Positions 50,885 through 61,748 of a stretch of DNA of 64,000 bases are shown piece by piece. Position 1 is the stretch's first letter; each line of letters begins with the position of its first letter. The translations under genes and the position numbers were made by a program. Under the pieces are notes generated by a model. That model saw only the letters and a program-made list of their open reading frames with translations. It had not been told where the DNA came from and made no database searches. The DNA lies in NCBI GenBank assembly GCA_963828165.1, contig CAWHDR010000001.1:704001-768000 (forward strand), in the 5' to 3' direction. The DNA comes from an uncultured Chloroflexia bacterium (GTDB taxonomy: Bacteria > Chloroflexota > Limnocylindria > Limnocylindrales > CSP1-4).

Positions 50885-52066
50885 GTGAACCCACTCGACC
50901 TCGTCGCCATCGTCCTGGTGGTGCTTGCCGTCCTGCTCGGGTACCGATCGGGGGCGCTTCCCCAGGTCGGTGGCCTGCTCGGCGCCATCGGTGGCGGAGC
51001 GATCGTCGTCCTGGCGCTACCCCTCCTCGTCGAGCCGCTCGACAATGTCCCGGCCGATCTGCGGCCGTACGCGGTGCTGACCGGCCTCCTGCTCGCGGTG
51101 GGGATCGGCGAGTCGGTCGGTTCGACGATCGGACGCACGATCGCGCGGGCCCTTGGGACCGGCGTTCTGAGCGCGGCGGACCGTGTCGCGGGCGGGTTCA
51201 CCGGTGCCGCTCAGGCCCTGCTGATCGTCTGGCTCGCCGGCGGTCTCCTGGCGATCGGCCCGATCCCGCGCCTGACCGAGGCGGCCCAGACATCGACCGC
51301 CATCCGGACGCTGAACGCCGCCCTGCCGCCACCGGCCGAGATCGCGACCGAGCTCGGGTCGCTCCTGGACGAGTCCGGTCTGCCGGAGGTGTTCGTCGGC
51401 CTCGAGCCACTGCCGCAGCCGCCAGTCGACCCGCCGACCGACGCCACCGCGAGGGCCATCGCCGAGCTCGCCGAAGCCAGCACGGTCCGGGTTTCGGCCG
51501 CGACCTGCGGATTCGAGTCCTCGGGGAGTGGGGTCGCCGTCGCCGACGGCTACGTCGTCACGAATGCGCACGTCGTCGCGGGCGCGCGGACCCGGGGCAT
51601 CCGGGTCACCGGCATCGCGGGGAAGGTGGACGCCATCGTCGTACTGTTCGATCCGGCCTTGGACGTCGCCGTTCTCTATGCACCGGACCTGCAGGCGGCG
51701 CCGCTGCGGTTCGCGGCGAGCGATCCCAGCCGCGGTGCGGTCGGCGCGGCCCTCGGATATCCAGGCGGCGGCAGCCTCACCATCGTCCCCGCCGCCGTGA
51801 CCGGCGCCTATGCTGCGACCGGCCGCGACATCTACGATCAGGCGACCGTGACCCGCCGGGTCCTGGAGCTCCGAGCGCAGATCGACCGTGGCGACAGCGG
51901 CGGCCCGTTCGTGCTGCAGGACGGGACGGTCGGCGGCCTGATCTTCGCCGAGGCCCGAACCGATCCCGACGTCGGGTACGCACTCACCCCGACCGCGGTC
52001 GCTGTCCGTGTCGCGCCGGCACTCGGTCGGACCGGGCCCGTCGAGACGGGGCCGTGTCTGCGCTAG
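50885..52066 (+). CDS. MarP-family membrane serine protease (CvpA-like N-terminus + trypsin domain)
   Basis: N-terminal TM helices; TNAHVVAG, DVAVL, GDSGGP catalytic triad. Confidence 0.88.
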   Translation: MNPLDLVAIVLVVLAVLLGYRSGALPQVGGLLGAIGGGAIVVLALPLLVEPLDNVPADLRPYAVLTGLLLAVGIGESVGSTIGRTIARALGTGVLSAADRVAGGFTGAAQALLIVWLAGGLLAIGPIPRLTEAAQTSTAIRTLNAALPPPAEIATELGSLLDESGLPEVFVGLEPLPQPPVDPPTDATARAIAELAEASTVRVSAATCGFESSGSGVAVADGYVVTNAHVVAGARTRGIRVTGIAGKVDAIVVLFDPALDVAVLYAPDLQAAPLRFAASDPSRGAVGAALGYPGGGSLTIVPAAVTGAYAATGRDIYDQATVTRRVLELRAQIDRGDSGGPFVLQDGTVGGLIFAEARTDPDVGYALTPTAVAVRVAPALGRTGPVETGPCLR

Positions 52067-52078
52067 GCCACCGACGAT

Positions 52079-52513
52079 TCAGCTCGGGCTCGCGGAACCG
52101 CCCGGCGTGACCTCCTCGAGCCGCGCGATCCGAGTGGCGACAGATCGGAGGACGGCACCCTGGATGGTCGGGAACTGGGTCAACAGCTGGTGGAACTCCC
52201 GATGACCCACGACCATCAGCCGGCACGCCGTCACACAGGTGGCCGTCGCGGTCCGTCCCGTGTGGCCGAGCAAGGCCAGCTCCCCGAAGAAGTCGCCCGG
52301 GCCCAGATCGCGCAGGAGCTGTCCGTCGCGCTCGATCCGCACGGTGCCCTCGACGATCAGGAAGAACTCATCGCCTGACGAGCCCTGACGGGCGGCGACG
52401 CGACCGGCCGGCAGGTCCACTTCATCGGCGAGGCGTCCGACCTCTTCCAGGGCATGGCGGTCGAGTCCAGCGAGAAGCGGGACTTTCGACAGCAGCTCGA
52501 GCTTTGCGTCCAT
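52079..52513 (-). CDS. Stand-alone cyclic-nucleotide-binding domain protein
   Basis: GPGDFFGELALL...RTAT; GGAGG RBS. Confidence 0.88.
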   Translation of the reverse strand: MDAKLELLSKVPLLAGLDRHALEEVGRLADEVDLPAGRVAARQGSSGDEFFLIVEGTVRIERDGQLLRDLGPGDFFGELALLGHTGRTATATCVTACRLMVVGHREFHQLLTQFPTIQGAVLRSVATRIARLEEVTPGGSASPS

Positions 52514-52662
52514 CGTGTCGATCTCGCCTCCACCTGTCGCGATCCTGCGGCCGGGCCGACATCGCGTCATGTCGCGTCGCGGCAGCATACGCGTCGCGCG
52601 TCCGCCCGGGAAGATGGCCGCGGTCCGTCGGAGCCGGCCTGCGCGGGGACTATGCTCCGGTC

Positions 52663-54327
52663 ATGGCAGGACCTGCGGCGGCACCGAAGGCGGCCGTCAC
52701 GGCACTCCGGACGACGCTCGAGGACCCGCAGCTTCGGCGGCTGACGATCGCGTGGTTCGCGATCTGCGCGGGCAAATGGGCGTTCCTGGTCACGACGCTG
52801 CTCGCGGCGTATGAGGCCGGGGGCACGGTCGCAGTGGGCATCCTCGGGCTTGCCCGCTTCCTGGTGCCCACGTTGATCGCGCCGTTCGCCGGCCTTCCGA
52901 CGGTGCGCTGGCGACCGGAGGTCGTGCTGCGGGCGGTGAACGCGATCCGGACCATGGCGATCGGCCTGGCGATCGTCGTCGTGGGGCTGGATCTGCCGAT
53001 CCCCCTCCTGTTCGCGGTCGTCGCCCTCGAAGCAGGCGTCGGAGCGTTCACGCGTCCATTGCACATGGCCCTGCTGCCCGCCGTTGCCACGTCGCCGGCC
53101 CAACTCGTGGCCGCCAACGTCACGTCCAGTGCGGCCGAGGGCCTCGGCACCTTCCTCGGCCCGGCACTGGCCGGGATGCTGCTCGTTGCGACCGGGCCGC
53201 TGGGCGCCACCATCGCGATCTTCGTGATCTATGCCGCGGGCGTAGCGGCGATCGCGCGCCTGGACGTCCCGGCGGTCGGGCGGTCGGACACCTCGGCGCG
53301 AGCCGTCCTCGACCAGCTCTCGGCCGGGATCGGGGCGTTGGTCGAGCTGCCGGGGCCACGGCTCATCGTCTGCGCGCTCGGGCTGCAGACGCTGGTTCGC
53401 GGGTTGCTCACCGTGCTCGTGGTGGTCGCGGCGATCGAGTTGCTTGGACTGGGCGATCCGGGCGTCGGGGCGCTCAACGCGGCCATGGGCCTCGGCGGGC
53501 TCTTCGGAGCGGTCGTGGCCATCACGCTCGCCGGACGGGACCGTCTCTCCCCGGCCTTCGGGCTGGCCCTCGCCGGCTGGGGTGCGCCGATCGCCGTGAT
53601 CGGCCTCGTCGTGCATCCGGCGGTCGCGCTCGTCGCCATGGCGGCCGTCGGCGTGAGCAACGCCTTCATCGATGTTTCCGGCTTCACGCTCATCCAGCGG
53701 ATGACGCCGAATTCCCGGCGCATCGCAGTCCTGGGGCTCATCGACAGCGTCGCCAACGGTGGCGTCGCCCTGGGTGGGGTCATCGCACCGGTCCTCGTCG
53801 AGACGCTGGGCATCCGCGGAGCGCTCCTGGCCAGCGGGCTGATCCTGCCTGTCGCCGCGGTCCTGCTCACGCCGGCGCTGCGCCGGATGGACGAAGGCGG
53901 CATCGGCGGGGCACGACGGGTGGAGCTCATCCGCGGCGAGCCGTTGTTCGCGCCACTCTCGCTGGCGACGGTCGAGCACCTCGCCGCGGCGCTCACACCC
54001 GTCGCCTTCGCGGACGGCGAATGGATCATGCGCGAAGGCGAGCCGGGCGTGGATTACGTCCTCATCGACACGGGCAGCGTCGAGGTTTCCCAGGAGGGGA
54101 GTGTCGTCCGGACCCTGGGACCCGGTGGCGGCGTCGGGGAGATCGCACTCATGCGCCACGTGCCGCGGACGGCGTCCGTCCGCGCGGTCGGACCGGTCAC
54201 GGCGTTCAGCCTGGATCAGGGCGACTTCCTTGAGGCCGTGACGGGACACGCCGTGAGTCGAGCCGTCGCCACGTCGAGGGTCGAGGAACGGCTGGCGGCG
54301 GACGACGGGCGGCCCGTCCTACACTGA
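52663..54327 (+). CDS. MFS transporter with C-terminal cNMP-binding domain
   Basis: About 12 TM helices, then [21 protein letters not shown] lies 6 nt before the ATG. Confidence 0.88.
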   Translation: MAGPAAAPKAAVTALRTTLEDPQLRRLTIAWFAICAGKWAFLVTTLLAAYEAGGTVAVGILGLARFLVPTLIAPFAGLPTVRWRPEVVLRAVNAIRTMAIGLAIVVVGLDLPIPLLFAVVALEAGVGAFTRPLHMALLPAVATSPAQLVAANVTSSAAEGLGTFLGPALAGMLLVATGPLGATIAIFVIYAAGVAAIARLDVPAVGRSDTSARAVLDQLSAGIGALVELPGPRLIVCALGLQTLVRGLLTVLVVVAAIELLGLGDPGVGALNAAMGLGGLFGAVVAITLAGRDRLSPAFGLALAGWGAPIAVIGLVVHPAVALVAMAAVGVSNAFIDVSGFTLIQRMTPNSRRIAVLGLIDSVANGGVALGGVIAPVLVETLGIRGALLASGLILPVAAVLLTPALRRMDEGGIGGARRVELIRGEPLFAPLSLATVEHLAAALTPVAFADGEWIMREGEPGVDYVLIDTGSVEVSQEGSVVRTLGPGGGVGEIALMRHVPRTASVRAVGPVTAFSLDQGDFLEAVTGHAVSRAVATSRVEERLAADDGRPVLH

Positions 54328-54400
54328 CGGGGCCACCTCCCCTGCCAGGGGCACCACCTGCCCTGGCCCCCAAGTGTCCCGACCCGGAGACGCCGTCAAG

Positions 54401-56161
54401 ATGTCCGACTCCAGCGCCCAGCACCCGTACGACCGACCGAGCGACCCGGCCAAGCGGCACTCCGCGGCCCTGACCGACGGGCCGGATCGTGCCGCCGCCC
54501 GCGCGATGCTCAAGGCGGTCGGCTTCACGGACGAGGACCTGGCCAAGCCGCTGGTCGGCGTGGGCACGACCTGGATCGAGACCATGCCGTGCAACTACAA
54601 CCAGCGACGACTGGCGGAGCACGTCAAGGACGGCATCCGTGCGGCCGGCGGCACGCCCATGGAATTCAACACCGTGTCGGTCAGCGACGGCGTGTCCATG
54701 GGCACGGAGGGCATGAAGGCGTCGCTGGTCAGCCGCGAGGTCGTTGCCGACTCGATCGAGCTGGTCGTCCGCGGCCACCTGCTCGACGGCGTCGTCTGCC
54801 TGGTGGGCTGCGACAAGACGATCCCGGGCGCGGCGATGGCCCTGGGTCGCATCGACCGGCCGGGCGTGATCCTCTACAACGGCACGATCTACCCGGGGAC
54901 CTACAAGGGCGTTCGCAACGCGACCGTGGTCACGGTCTTCGAGGCGATCGGAGCCTACCGCGCGGGCAAGATCACGCTCGATGAGCTGTACGAGGTGGAG
55001 CAGGTCGCATGCCCGGGACCTGGCGCCTGCGGCGGCCAGTACACCGCCAACACGATGGCGACGGTCATGGAGTTCATGGGCCTCTCACCCGCGGGGCTCA
55101 ACGGCATCCCGGCCGAGGATCCGGCCAAGGACGAGGCCGCGCGGAAGACGGGCGAGCTGATCATGGACCTCGTGCGCCGAGACGTCCGGCCCTCGAGATT
55201 CGTCACGCGCGCGTCGATCGAGAACGGCATCGCCTCGGTGGCCGCGACCGGTGGCTCGACGAACGGCGTGCTGCACCTCCTCGCCATCGCCCACGAGTTC
55301 GGCGTCCCGCTCGACATCGACGAGTTCGGGGCAATCGCCGATCGAACACCGGTCATCGCCGACATGCACCCGGGCGGCCGCTACCAGGCTGCCGACCTGT
55401 ACGACGCCGGCGGGATCGCACTGGTCATGCGCGAGCTGCTCAAGCGCGACGGGCTGCTCCGCGGGGACGCGCCGACCATCGACGGCCGGACGATCGCCGA
55501 GATCGCGGCCGGGGCCCAGGAGACCGAGGGCCAGAAGGTCGTCCTCCCGATCGAGACGCCCCTGAAGGCGACCGGTGGCCTTGCGATCCTGCACGGGACG
55601 CTCGCGCCGGACGGCTGCGTGGTCAAGCTGGCCGGCCACGAGCGGCGGCTGCACCGTGGCCCGGCCCGCGTCTTCGACTCGGAGGCGGCGTGCTTCGAGG
55701 CCGTCAAGGAACGCCGGATCGTGGCCGGCGATGTCGTCGTCATCCGCTGGGAAGGCCCGGTCGGGGGACCGGGCATGCAGGAGATGCTGAGCGTCACCGG
55801 CGCGCTGGTCGGCGAGGGACTGGGCGACAGCGTGGCGCTCATCACGGACGGCCGGTTCTCCGGCGGGACCCACGGGCTGATGATCGGGCACATCGCGCCG
55901 GAAGCCGCGCTGGGCGGTCCGATCGCGGTCGTCGAGGAGGGCGACGAGATCGTCATCGACGTGGACCGCAAGGCACTCGACCTGGACGTGCCCGCGGACG
56001 AGATCGCGCGCCGCCTCACTGCCTGGACGCCGCGCCCGCCCAACTACCCGACGGGGGTGCTGGCCAAGTACGCGGCGCTCGTCGGGTCGGCGTCGGAGGG
56101 AGCGGTCACGACAGGGTCACGAATGACCGCGAATCTGTCCGCCGGCGGGCCCGGCCGTTGA
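54401..56161 (+). CDS. ilvD: Dihydroxy-acid dehydratase
   Basis: [48 protein letters not shown]. Confidence 0.96.
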   Translation: MSDSSAQHPYDRPSDPAKRHSAALTDGPDRAAARAMLKAVGFTDEDLAKPLVGVGTTWIETMPCNYNQRRLAEHVKDGIRAAGGTPMEFNTVSVSDGVSMGTEGMKASLVSREVVADSIELVVRGHLLDGVVCLVGCDKTIPGAAMALGRIDRPGVILYNGTIYPGTYKGVRNATVVTVFEAIGAYRAGKITLDELYEVEQVACPGPGACGGQYTANTMATVMEFMGLSPAGLNGIPAEDPAKDEAARKTGELIMDLVRRDVRPSRFVTRASIENGIASVAATGGSTNGVLHLLAIAHEFGVPLDIDEFGAIADRTPVIADMHPGGRYQAADLYDAGGIALVMRELLKRDGLLRGDAPTIDGRTIAEIAAGAQETEGQKVVLPIETPLKATGGLAILHGTLAPDGCVVKLAGHERRLHRGPARVFDSEAACFEAVKERRIVAGDVVVIRWEGPVGGPGMQEMLSVTGALVGEGLGDSVALITDGRFSGGTHGLMIGHIAPEAALGGPIAVVEEGDEIVIDVDRKALDLDVPADEIARRLTAWTPRPPNYPTGVLAKYAALVGSASEGAVTTGSRMTANLSAGGPGR

Positions 56162-56173
56162 GCCAGCGACAGG

Positions 56174-56240
56174 CCCGGGGCAGCGCGGTGACGCACCCGG
56201 GCGCAGCGCGGTGATGCGCCCGGGGGTAGCGCGGTGACGG
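56174..56240 (+). repeat. Imperfect 22-23 bp tandem repeat x3 at the ilvD/LLM junction
   Basis: cccggggcagcgcggtgacgca / cccgggcgcagcgcggtgatgcg / cccgggggtagcgcggtgacgg. Confidence 0.75.
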
Positions 56241-57139
56241 CCCGGCACATCCCGATCGGGATCAAGACCTCGCCGCAAGCCGTCGACTGGTCGACCCTCG
56301 ACGCCGCGTGGGCACGCATCGGCGAGTACGACGTCTTCGAGTCGGTCTGGATGAACGATCACCTCACGGACGTGTCGCGGGAACGCCACGGAGCGAGCTT
56401 CGAATCACTCACCGCGATGGCGGCCCTCCTCCACCGCGTGCCCGGCAGATGGGTCGGGCACGCCGTGCTGTCCGCCACGTTCCGGCATCCCGTGGTGCTC
56501 GCGAAGGCGGCCACGGTGATGGACCACGCCACCGGCGGCCGGTTCATCCTGGGCCTGGGCGCCGGCTGGCACGAGGGCGAGCACCTCCCGTTCGCCATCC
56601 CGATGCCGCCCATGCCGGAGCGCTTCGATCGGTTCGAATCGACGGTGCACGTGCTGCGTGCCCTCTGGTCGGAGGCGGCGGCAACGCCACCCGGCGTCAC
56701 CCGCGCCGACCCGTTCTACCCGCTCGCGGAGGCGACGAACGAGCCGCCACCGCACACGCCCGGCGGACCGCCGCTCTGGTTGGGCGGGCAGAAGCGCCGG
56801 GGCATCGCGCTGGCCGCCGCGGTCGCCGACGGTTGGGCGCTCCCGGCGGTCGTCGCCCTTGGGAGCCCGACCGACCTCGACTATTTCAGTGAGAAGCGCG
56901 ACGCGATCCTCGCTGCGCTCGAGGCGGCCGGCCGGGATCCGTCGTCGTTCGAGCTCAGCGCGCAGGTGCCGACCGGGACGACCCCCGAGGATCGCCGTTG
57001 GGCGCTCGGCCAGGCGCGCGAGGCGGTCGAGCGCGGGGCGACCCACGTCATCCTCGGGATGCCGGCGCGACTCGGTGCGGACGGGGTCGACGCCGTCGCC
57101 AGCGAGGTCGCCGAGCCGTTCCGGGAGTCGGTCGCATGA
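56234..57139 (+). CDS. LLM-class flavin/F420-dependent oxidoreductase
   Basis: VWMNDH, RHPVVLAK, GRFILGLGAGW, PPLWLGG. Confidence 0.88.
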   Translation: MTARHIPIGIKTSPQAVDWSTLDAAWARIGEYDVFESVWMNDHLTDVSRERHGASFESLTAMAALLHRVPGRWVGHAVLSATFRHPVVLAKAATVMDHATGGRFILGLGAGWHEGEHLPFAIPMPPMPERFDRFESTVHVLRALWSEAAATPPGVTRADPFYPLAEATNEPPPHTPGGPPLWLGGQKRRGIALAAAVADGWALPAVVALGSPTDLDYFSEKRDAILAALEAAGRDPSSFELSAQVPTGTTPEDRRWALGQAREAVERGATHVILGMPARLGADGVDAVASEVAEPFRESVA

Positions 57140-58098
57140 GCGGACCGGCCGGCCTGGCGATCCGAACGGTCACCGCGGATCCGGATCTCGAGCGCCTCGT
57201 TGCGATCCAAAACACCACGAACCCAGAATCCCCGACGTCGCTCGATGAGATCCGCTGGAGCGACGCGACCTATCCGGGCACCGTGCGCTTGCTCGCCGAG
57301 GTGGATGGACGACCCGTCGGCAGCGCGACCGTGGGCCGGATCTACGTGTTCGGCCCCGAACATCCGGCGCTGTGGGCGGTCATCGGCGTGCTGCCAGCAG
57401 CGCGCCGAGCCGGCATCGGACAGCACTTGCTGGGCGACGTCTCGGCGGTCGCGGTGTCGCGCGGCAAGACCCAGCTGTACCTCCGTTGTGCCGCGGATCG
57501 CCCGGAGGGCATCGAGTTCCTGGCCCATCGCGGCTTCACGGAACTGGAGCGTTTCAAAGCGGTTCGCCTGGAGCTGGCCGACCGAGCCGCGCCGACGATC
57601 ACGCCACCACCCGGGATCGAGCTGACGACGCTCGCCGCGCGGCCCGACCTCGTCGAGGGCGTCCATGCCGTGGCGCTCGAGACCTTCCCGGACCTCCCCG
57701 GCGGAGACGAGCCCATGGTCGTCGGCGATCTCGCGGAGTTCCGGGCACGTGACGTGGACCGGCCGTCCGTCCCGAACGACGCCTTCTTCGTGGCGGTCGA
57801 ATCAGCGAGCGGCCGCGTCGTCGGCTACGCGTGCCTACTGATGCAGCCTGGGTCCGCGACCGTCGCGTATCACGACATGACGGGGGTCCTCCGCGCCTAC
57901 CGCGGGCGCGGGATCGCCCGCGAGCTCAAGCAGGCGACGATCGGCTGGGCCATCGAGCACCACCTCACCGCGCTGGAAACCGGCAATGACGAGGCCAATG
58001 CACCGATGCGAGCGGTCAATGCTCGCCTTGGGTACGAGCCCATGCCCGACGAGGTCCTGATGCGCGGTCCGCTGTTCGACGGCATCATGACGCGGTGA
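57136..58098 (+). CDS. Tandem-GNAT acetyltransferase
   Basis: Two motif-A copies (VLPAARRAGIG; TGVLRAYRGRGIA), N..NAPM..VN.RLGY. Confidence 0.85.
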   Translation: MSGPAGLAIRTVTADPDLERLVAIQNTTNPESPTSLDEIRWSDATYPGTVRLLAEVDGRPVGSATVGRIYVFGPEHPALWAVIGVLPAARRAGIGQHLLGDVSAVAVSRGKTQLYLRCAADRPEGIEFLAHRGFTELERFKAVRLELADRAAPTITPPPGIELTTLAARPDLVEGVHAVALETFPDLPGGDEPMVVGDLAEFRARDVDRPSVPNDAFFVAVESASGRVVGYACLLMQPGSATVAYHDMTGVLRAYRGRGIARELKQATIGWAIEHHLTALETGNDEANAPMRAVNARLGYEPMPDEVLMRGPLFDGIMTR

Positions 58099-58379
58099 CC
58101 GACACGCACACCGAGACCGAGCCCTCCCCGTCCCCGCCGGAACCCCCGACCCTCCCGCCCGATCCGGTGGCCTACGACGCTCCGCGAGCGGTCCGGGCCC
58201 GCGAGAAGGGACTGCAGGCCCCGTACATCGCTGGCGGGAACGACCCTGACCCGGCAGCGGGCCTGGCGGAGGACCGGCGGTACGTCCGGCTCCTGCTCGG
58301 GATGGCGATCGCGATCGTCGCGTCGGGGTTCATCGTCGGGACGGTGATCGCCCTGATCGGGCCGGCTGGAGGCCGATGA
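58095..58379 (+). CDS. Small hypothetical protein with C-terminal TM helix
   Basis: GTGA overlap with the upstream stop; hydrophobic C-terminus. Confidence 0.6.
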   Translation: MTDTHTETEPSPSPPEPPTLPPDPVAYDAPRAVRAREKGLQAPYIAGGNDPDPAAGLAEDRRYVRLLLGMAIAIVASGFIVGTVIALIGPAGGR

Positions 58380-58395
58380 CCGCCGTCGCGATCCC

Positions 58396-59824
58396 GTGAC
58401 CCCGGCGGCGGAGATCCCCGCGACGACCTGGGCGGCCGCCCACGAGGCGCTGGTGGCGACACTGCGCGACCTCATCCGGATCCCCTCGATCAACCCGCCG
58501 CCACCTGAGGCGCCCGATGGCGAGACCCGGGTCGCCCGGTATCTCGCCGGGCGTCTGACCGCCCTGGGCTTGCGACCGGAGGTCGTCGAACCGGTACCGG
58601 GTCGCGGCTCGGTCCACGCGCGTCTGCACGGCGACGGCACGGGTGGCGAACCGTTCCTCCTGCTCTCGCACCTCGATGTCGTGCCGGCCGCGCGCGGATC
58701 GCTGGAGCCACGACCCGTTCGCCGCGGACGTCGCCGACGGCTACGTCTACGGACGCGGGGCGGTCGACATGAAGGGGATGATCGCGCTCGAGCTCGCGGT
58801 CATCGAGCGGCTGGTCGAGGAGGCTCGTGCGGCCGGCCTCGATCCTGCCACGGATCCCATCCCGGGCCTGCGGCGGGACGTCCTGTTCACCTGCACGGCG
58901 GACGAGGAGGCGGGGTCGCTCGACGGCGCTCGCTGGATCGCGGCGCACCGGCCGGACTGGCTACGGGCGGCGGGCGCCGTCAACGAATGCGGCGGCGTGT
59001 CGGTCACGGTGGCCGGCAAGCGTCTGTACCCGATCCAGGTCGCGGAGAAGGGCTTCGCCCCGTACCGGATCCACATCACGGGCACGTGGGGTCATGGTTC
59101 GATGCCGCGCGCCGACAACGCCGCCGTGCTGGCCGCTCGTGCGATCGAGCGACTGGCCGTGCCGGGCACGATGCGGATCACGCCGGTCATGACCCGGTTC
59201 CTGGAGGCAGCCGCCGACGCGCTCCCCGGGGAGGCGGCCACGGCCCTGCGGCGCATCGCGACGGGCGAGCTGGACGCGGCTTCGGCCGATGCCGCCATCG
59301 ACGGGCTGTGCGACCCGATGTACGCCCGCGCCCTGCGAGCCTTGATCCGCGACACCATCAGCCCGGACATCGTCCATGCCGGCGTGAAGTACAACGTCAT
59401 CCCGGGCGACGCCGTCATCGAGGTGGACTGCCGCGTGCTGCCGGGCACCACGGAGCCCCAGATGCGTGCCGAGGTGGAGCGCCGCCTCGGGCCGGATCTC
59501 CTGCCTGCCTGCGACATCGAGCTGCTCGTGTGGGGCGAGCCCGTGGAATCGCCGGCCGACGGTCCGCTCTGGGACATCCTCGTCGCGACCCTGCTCGATC
59601 ACGACCCGGACGCGATCCCGCTCCCGGTGATGGCACCGTTCGCGACGGACGCCAAGGCGACCGCCACGCTGGGGGTGCCCACCTACGGGTTCTCCCCGCT
59701 CCGCCTGGATCCTGACGAGCGGTTCCTCGAGCGGTTCCACGGCGTGGACGAGCGCGTCTCGCTCGAGGCCCTCAGGTTCGGGCTACCCGTCCTGTACGAC
59801 GTCGTCCGCCGCTTCTGCGGGTAG
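58396..59824 (+). CDS. M20/M25/M40 metallo-hydrolase; frameshift near 58692
   Basis: SHLDVVP (first frame); GRGAVDMKG, DEEAG, GHGSMP, NVIP, HGVDER (second frame). Confidence 0.87.
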
Positions 59825-59838
59825 TTTCGGCCACGGCA

Positions 59839-60051
59839 TCAGCGACCGGTGGTGCCAGGCGTGTCGTGGGCGATCCGCACGAGCTCGTCGCACGTCGTAC
59901 AGGCGTACGTCACCCCGTTGGCCCATTCCCGCTCCGGGTCGTGCTCGGCCGGCGAATGGTGACCGGGCCGTGGCTCGAGCGTCGCCCACTCCCCGTCGTT
60001 GTGCTGGTGTTGCATGCGAACCTGCAGGTCCGCCCTGCCGATGAGGTCCAT
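59839..60051 (-). CDS. Small His-rich, CxxC putative metal-binding protein
   Basis: GGGGAGGG RBS; HQH...HH...H...CTTC; co-oriented right after MarR. Confidence 0.65.
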   Translation of the reverse strand: MDLIGRADLQVRMQHQHNDGEWATLEPRPGHHSPAEHDPEREWANGVTYACTTCDELVRIAHDTPGTTGR

Positions 60052-60088
60052 CCGTGATCCCTCCCCTTGGAGCCCGAAGCCTACTCCC

Positions 60089-60667
60089 CTATTCCTCCTG
60101 CGGCGCCCTGATCAGGCGACCGCGCCGGCTGATGGCGTGGGTGGCCAGGGCAGCCACGCCCATGGCCACGATCGCCCGCTCCGCGGTGGGCAGCGGGCGG
60201 ACCGCAGACAGGAATTGCTCCGCCCGGGCCCGATCCACGACCCGCAGCACGGCCTGTCCACGTGGCGTCAATCGGAGGATCTTCTGCCGACGATCCTCTT
60301 CCTCGACCTGGCGCTCGACGAGCCGGCGCTTGACGAGACCGTCGATGAGCCGGCTCGTCGCGGACGGCGACCGATTGATGGATTCCGCCAGCTCCCCAAC
60401 CGTCAGCGTGCTGCCGTCGGCGAGCACGTACAGCGCCGCGAGCTGCGTGAACCCGAGACGCAGCTCCCCGAGCTGGCTGGCGAACCCGATCACGAGCTCG
60501 CGCCAGAGGGCGCGCCCCATCGCAACGCGCTCGCTGATCTGGCGGACGTTCCGGATGCGGCTCCCGGCGGCGAGGACCGGGGCCGAGAGGTCCTGCTCGA
60601 AGCGGCGCGCGATCGTGCGCGCGGGTGCGGGACGGCTGATCGGGCGGGCCGGGCGGTCGTCGGGCAT
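60089..60667 (-). CDS. MarR-family transcriptional regulator
   Basis: TVGELAE...SATSRLIDGL, DRR...LRLTPRG. Confidence 0.9.
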   Translation of the reverse strand: MPDDRPARPISRPAPARTIARRFEQDLSAPVLAAGSRIRNVRQISERVAMGRALWRELVIGFASQLGELRLGFTQLAALYVLADGSTLTVGELAESINRSPSATSRLIDGLVKRRLVERQVEEEDRRQKILRLTPRGQAVLRVVDRARAEQFLSAVRPLPTAERAIVAMGVAALATHAISRRGRLIRAPQEE

Positions 60668-60758
60668 GATCTGAGCAGCGTACGGCGCTCAGCGGAACGC
60701 TTGCAAGGCTGCACGGGAATCGGGCCGGCGCCGCGACCTTCCGACTACCCTTCGCCCG

Positions 60759-61721
60759 ATGACCAAGTTCGCATTCGTGTTCCCCGGCCAGGGCTCACAG
60801 GCCGTGGGCATGGGCCGGGATCTCGCCGTGTCGTCGAGCGCCGCCGCCGCCGTGTTCGCCGCGGCCGATTCCGCGCTCGGCGAGCCACTGAGTGCGCTTG
60901 CCTGGGAGGGACCCGCGGAGCGGCTTGACCTCACGGAGAACGCCCAGCCTGCTTTGTTGGCCGCCTCCATCGGGATCCTCGAAGCGATGCGCGAGCGCTG
61001 GACCGCCGACGGGCTTGCCGCCCCGAATCCGGCATTCGCTGCGGGGCATTCGATGGGCCAGTACTCGGCGCTCGTGGCGGCTGGTGCGCTGTCGCTCGAG
61101 GACGGAGTTCGGCTCGTGCGTGAACGAGGACGCCTCATGCAGGCTTCCGGTCAGGGCCGGGACGGCGCGATGGCCGCGCTCATCGGCCTCGACGACGCGA
61201 AGCTGCCCGAGCTCGTCGCCGCGGCCGCCGCACACGGCACGTTCGTCGTGGCCAATCGCAACTCCCCGGGCCAGGTGGTCGTGTCGGGCGATCGGGCCGC
61301 CATCGAAGCCGGCGCGGAGCTCGCTCGCGGCCTTGGTGCCAAGCGCGCGATCGTCCTGCCGGTCAGCGTGGCCGCCCATTCCCCGCTGATGGCCGAGGCC
61401 GCCGCAGCGCTGCGCGAGACCCTCGCAGGCATCGAATTCAAGGACCCGACCACGACCCTCCTCGCCAACGCCGACGGTCAACCCATCACGACCGCGGCCG
61501 GCGCCCGGGACGAGCTCGTAGAGCATTTGACGGCCGGCGTCGATTGGGTCGGCGCCGTCCGACACATGGTCGATGCCGGGGTCACGACCTTCGTCGAGAT
61601 CGGGCCAGGAAAGGTCCTGACCGGGCTCATCAGGCGTATCGCCCCCGAAGCCGAGATCGTCCCGGCCGACGACCCGGAATCGGCCGATCGACTCACCACA
61701 CTCGCCGCGCGCGCGGCCTGA
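60759..61721 (+). CDS. fabD: Malonyl-CoA:ACP transacylase
   Basis: FPGQGSQ, AGHSMG, N.NSPGQ.V.SG, AAHS, EIGPGKVL. Confidence 0.93.
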   Translation: MTKFAFVFPGQGSQAVGMGRDLAVSSSAAAAVFAAADSALGEPLSALAWEGPAERLDLTENAQPALLAASIGILEAMRERWTADGLAAPNPAFAAGHSMGQYSALVAAGALSLEDGVRLVRERGRLMQASGQGRDGAMAALIGLDDAKLPELVAAAAAHGTFVVANRNSPGQVVVSGDRAAIEAGAELARGLGAKRAIVLPVSVAAHSPLMAEAAAALRETLAGIEFKDPTTTLLANADGQPITTAAGARDELVEHLTAGVDWVGAVRHMVDAGVTTFVEIGPGKVLTGLIRRIAPEAEIVPADDPESADRLTTLAARAA

Positions 61722-61748
61722 CAAGCCCACCAGGAGGAACGTTCACCC

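Noticed and set aside
54329-54370. Short direct/inverted repeat between MFS and ilvD (ggggcca...tggcccc; ccacct x2)
   Set aside because: Too short and GC-rich to distinguish from chance or a weak terminator.
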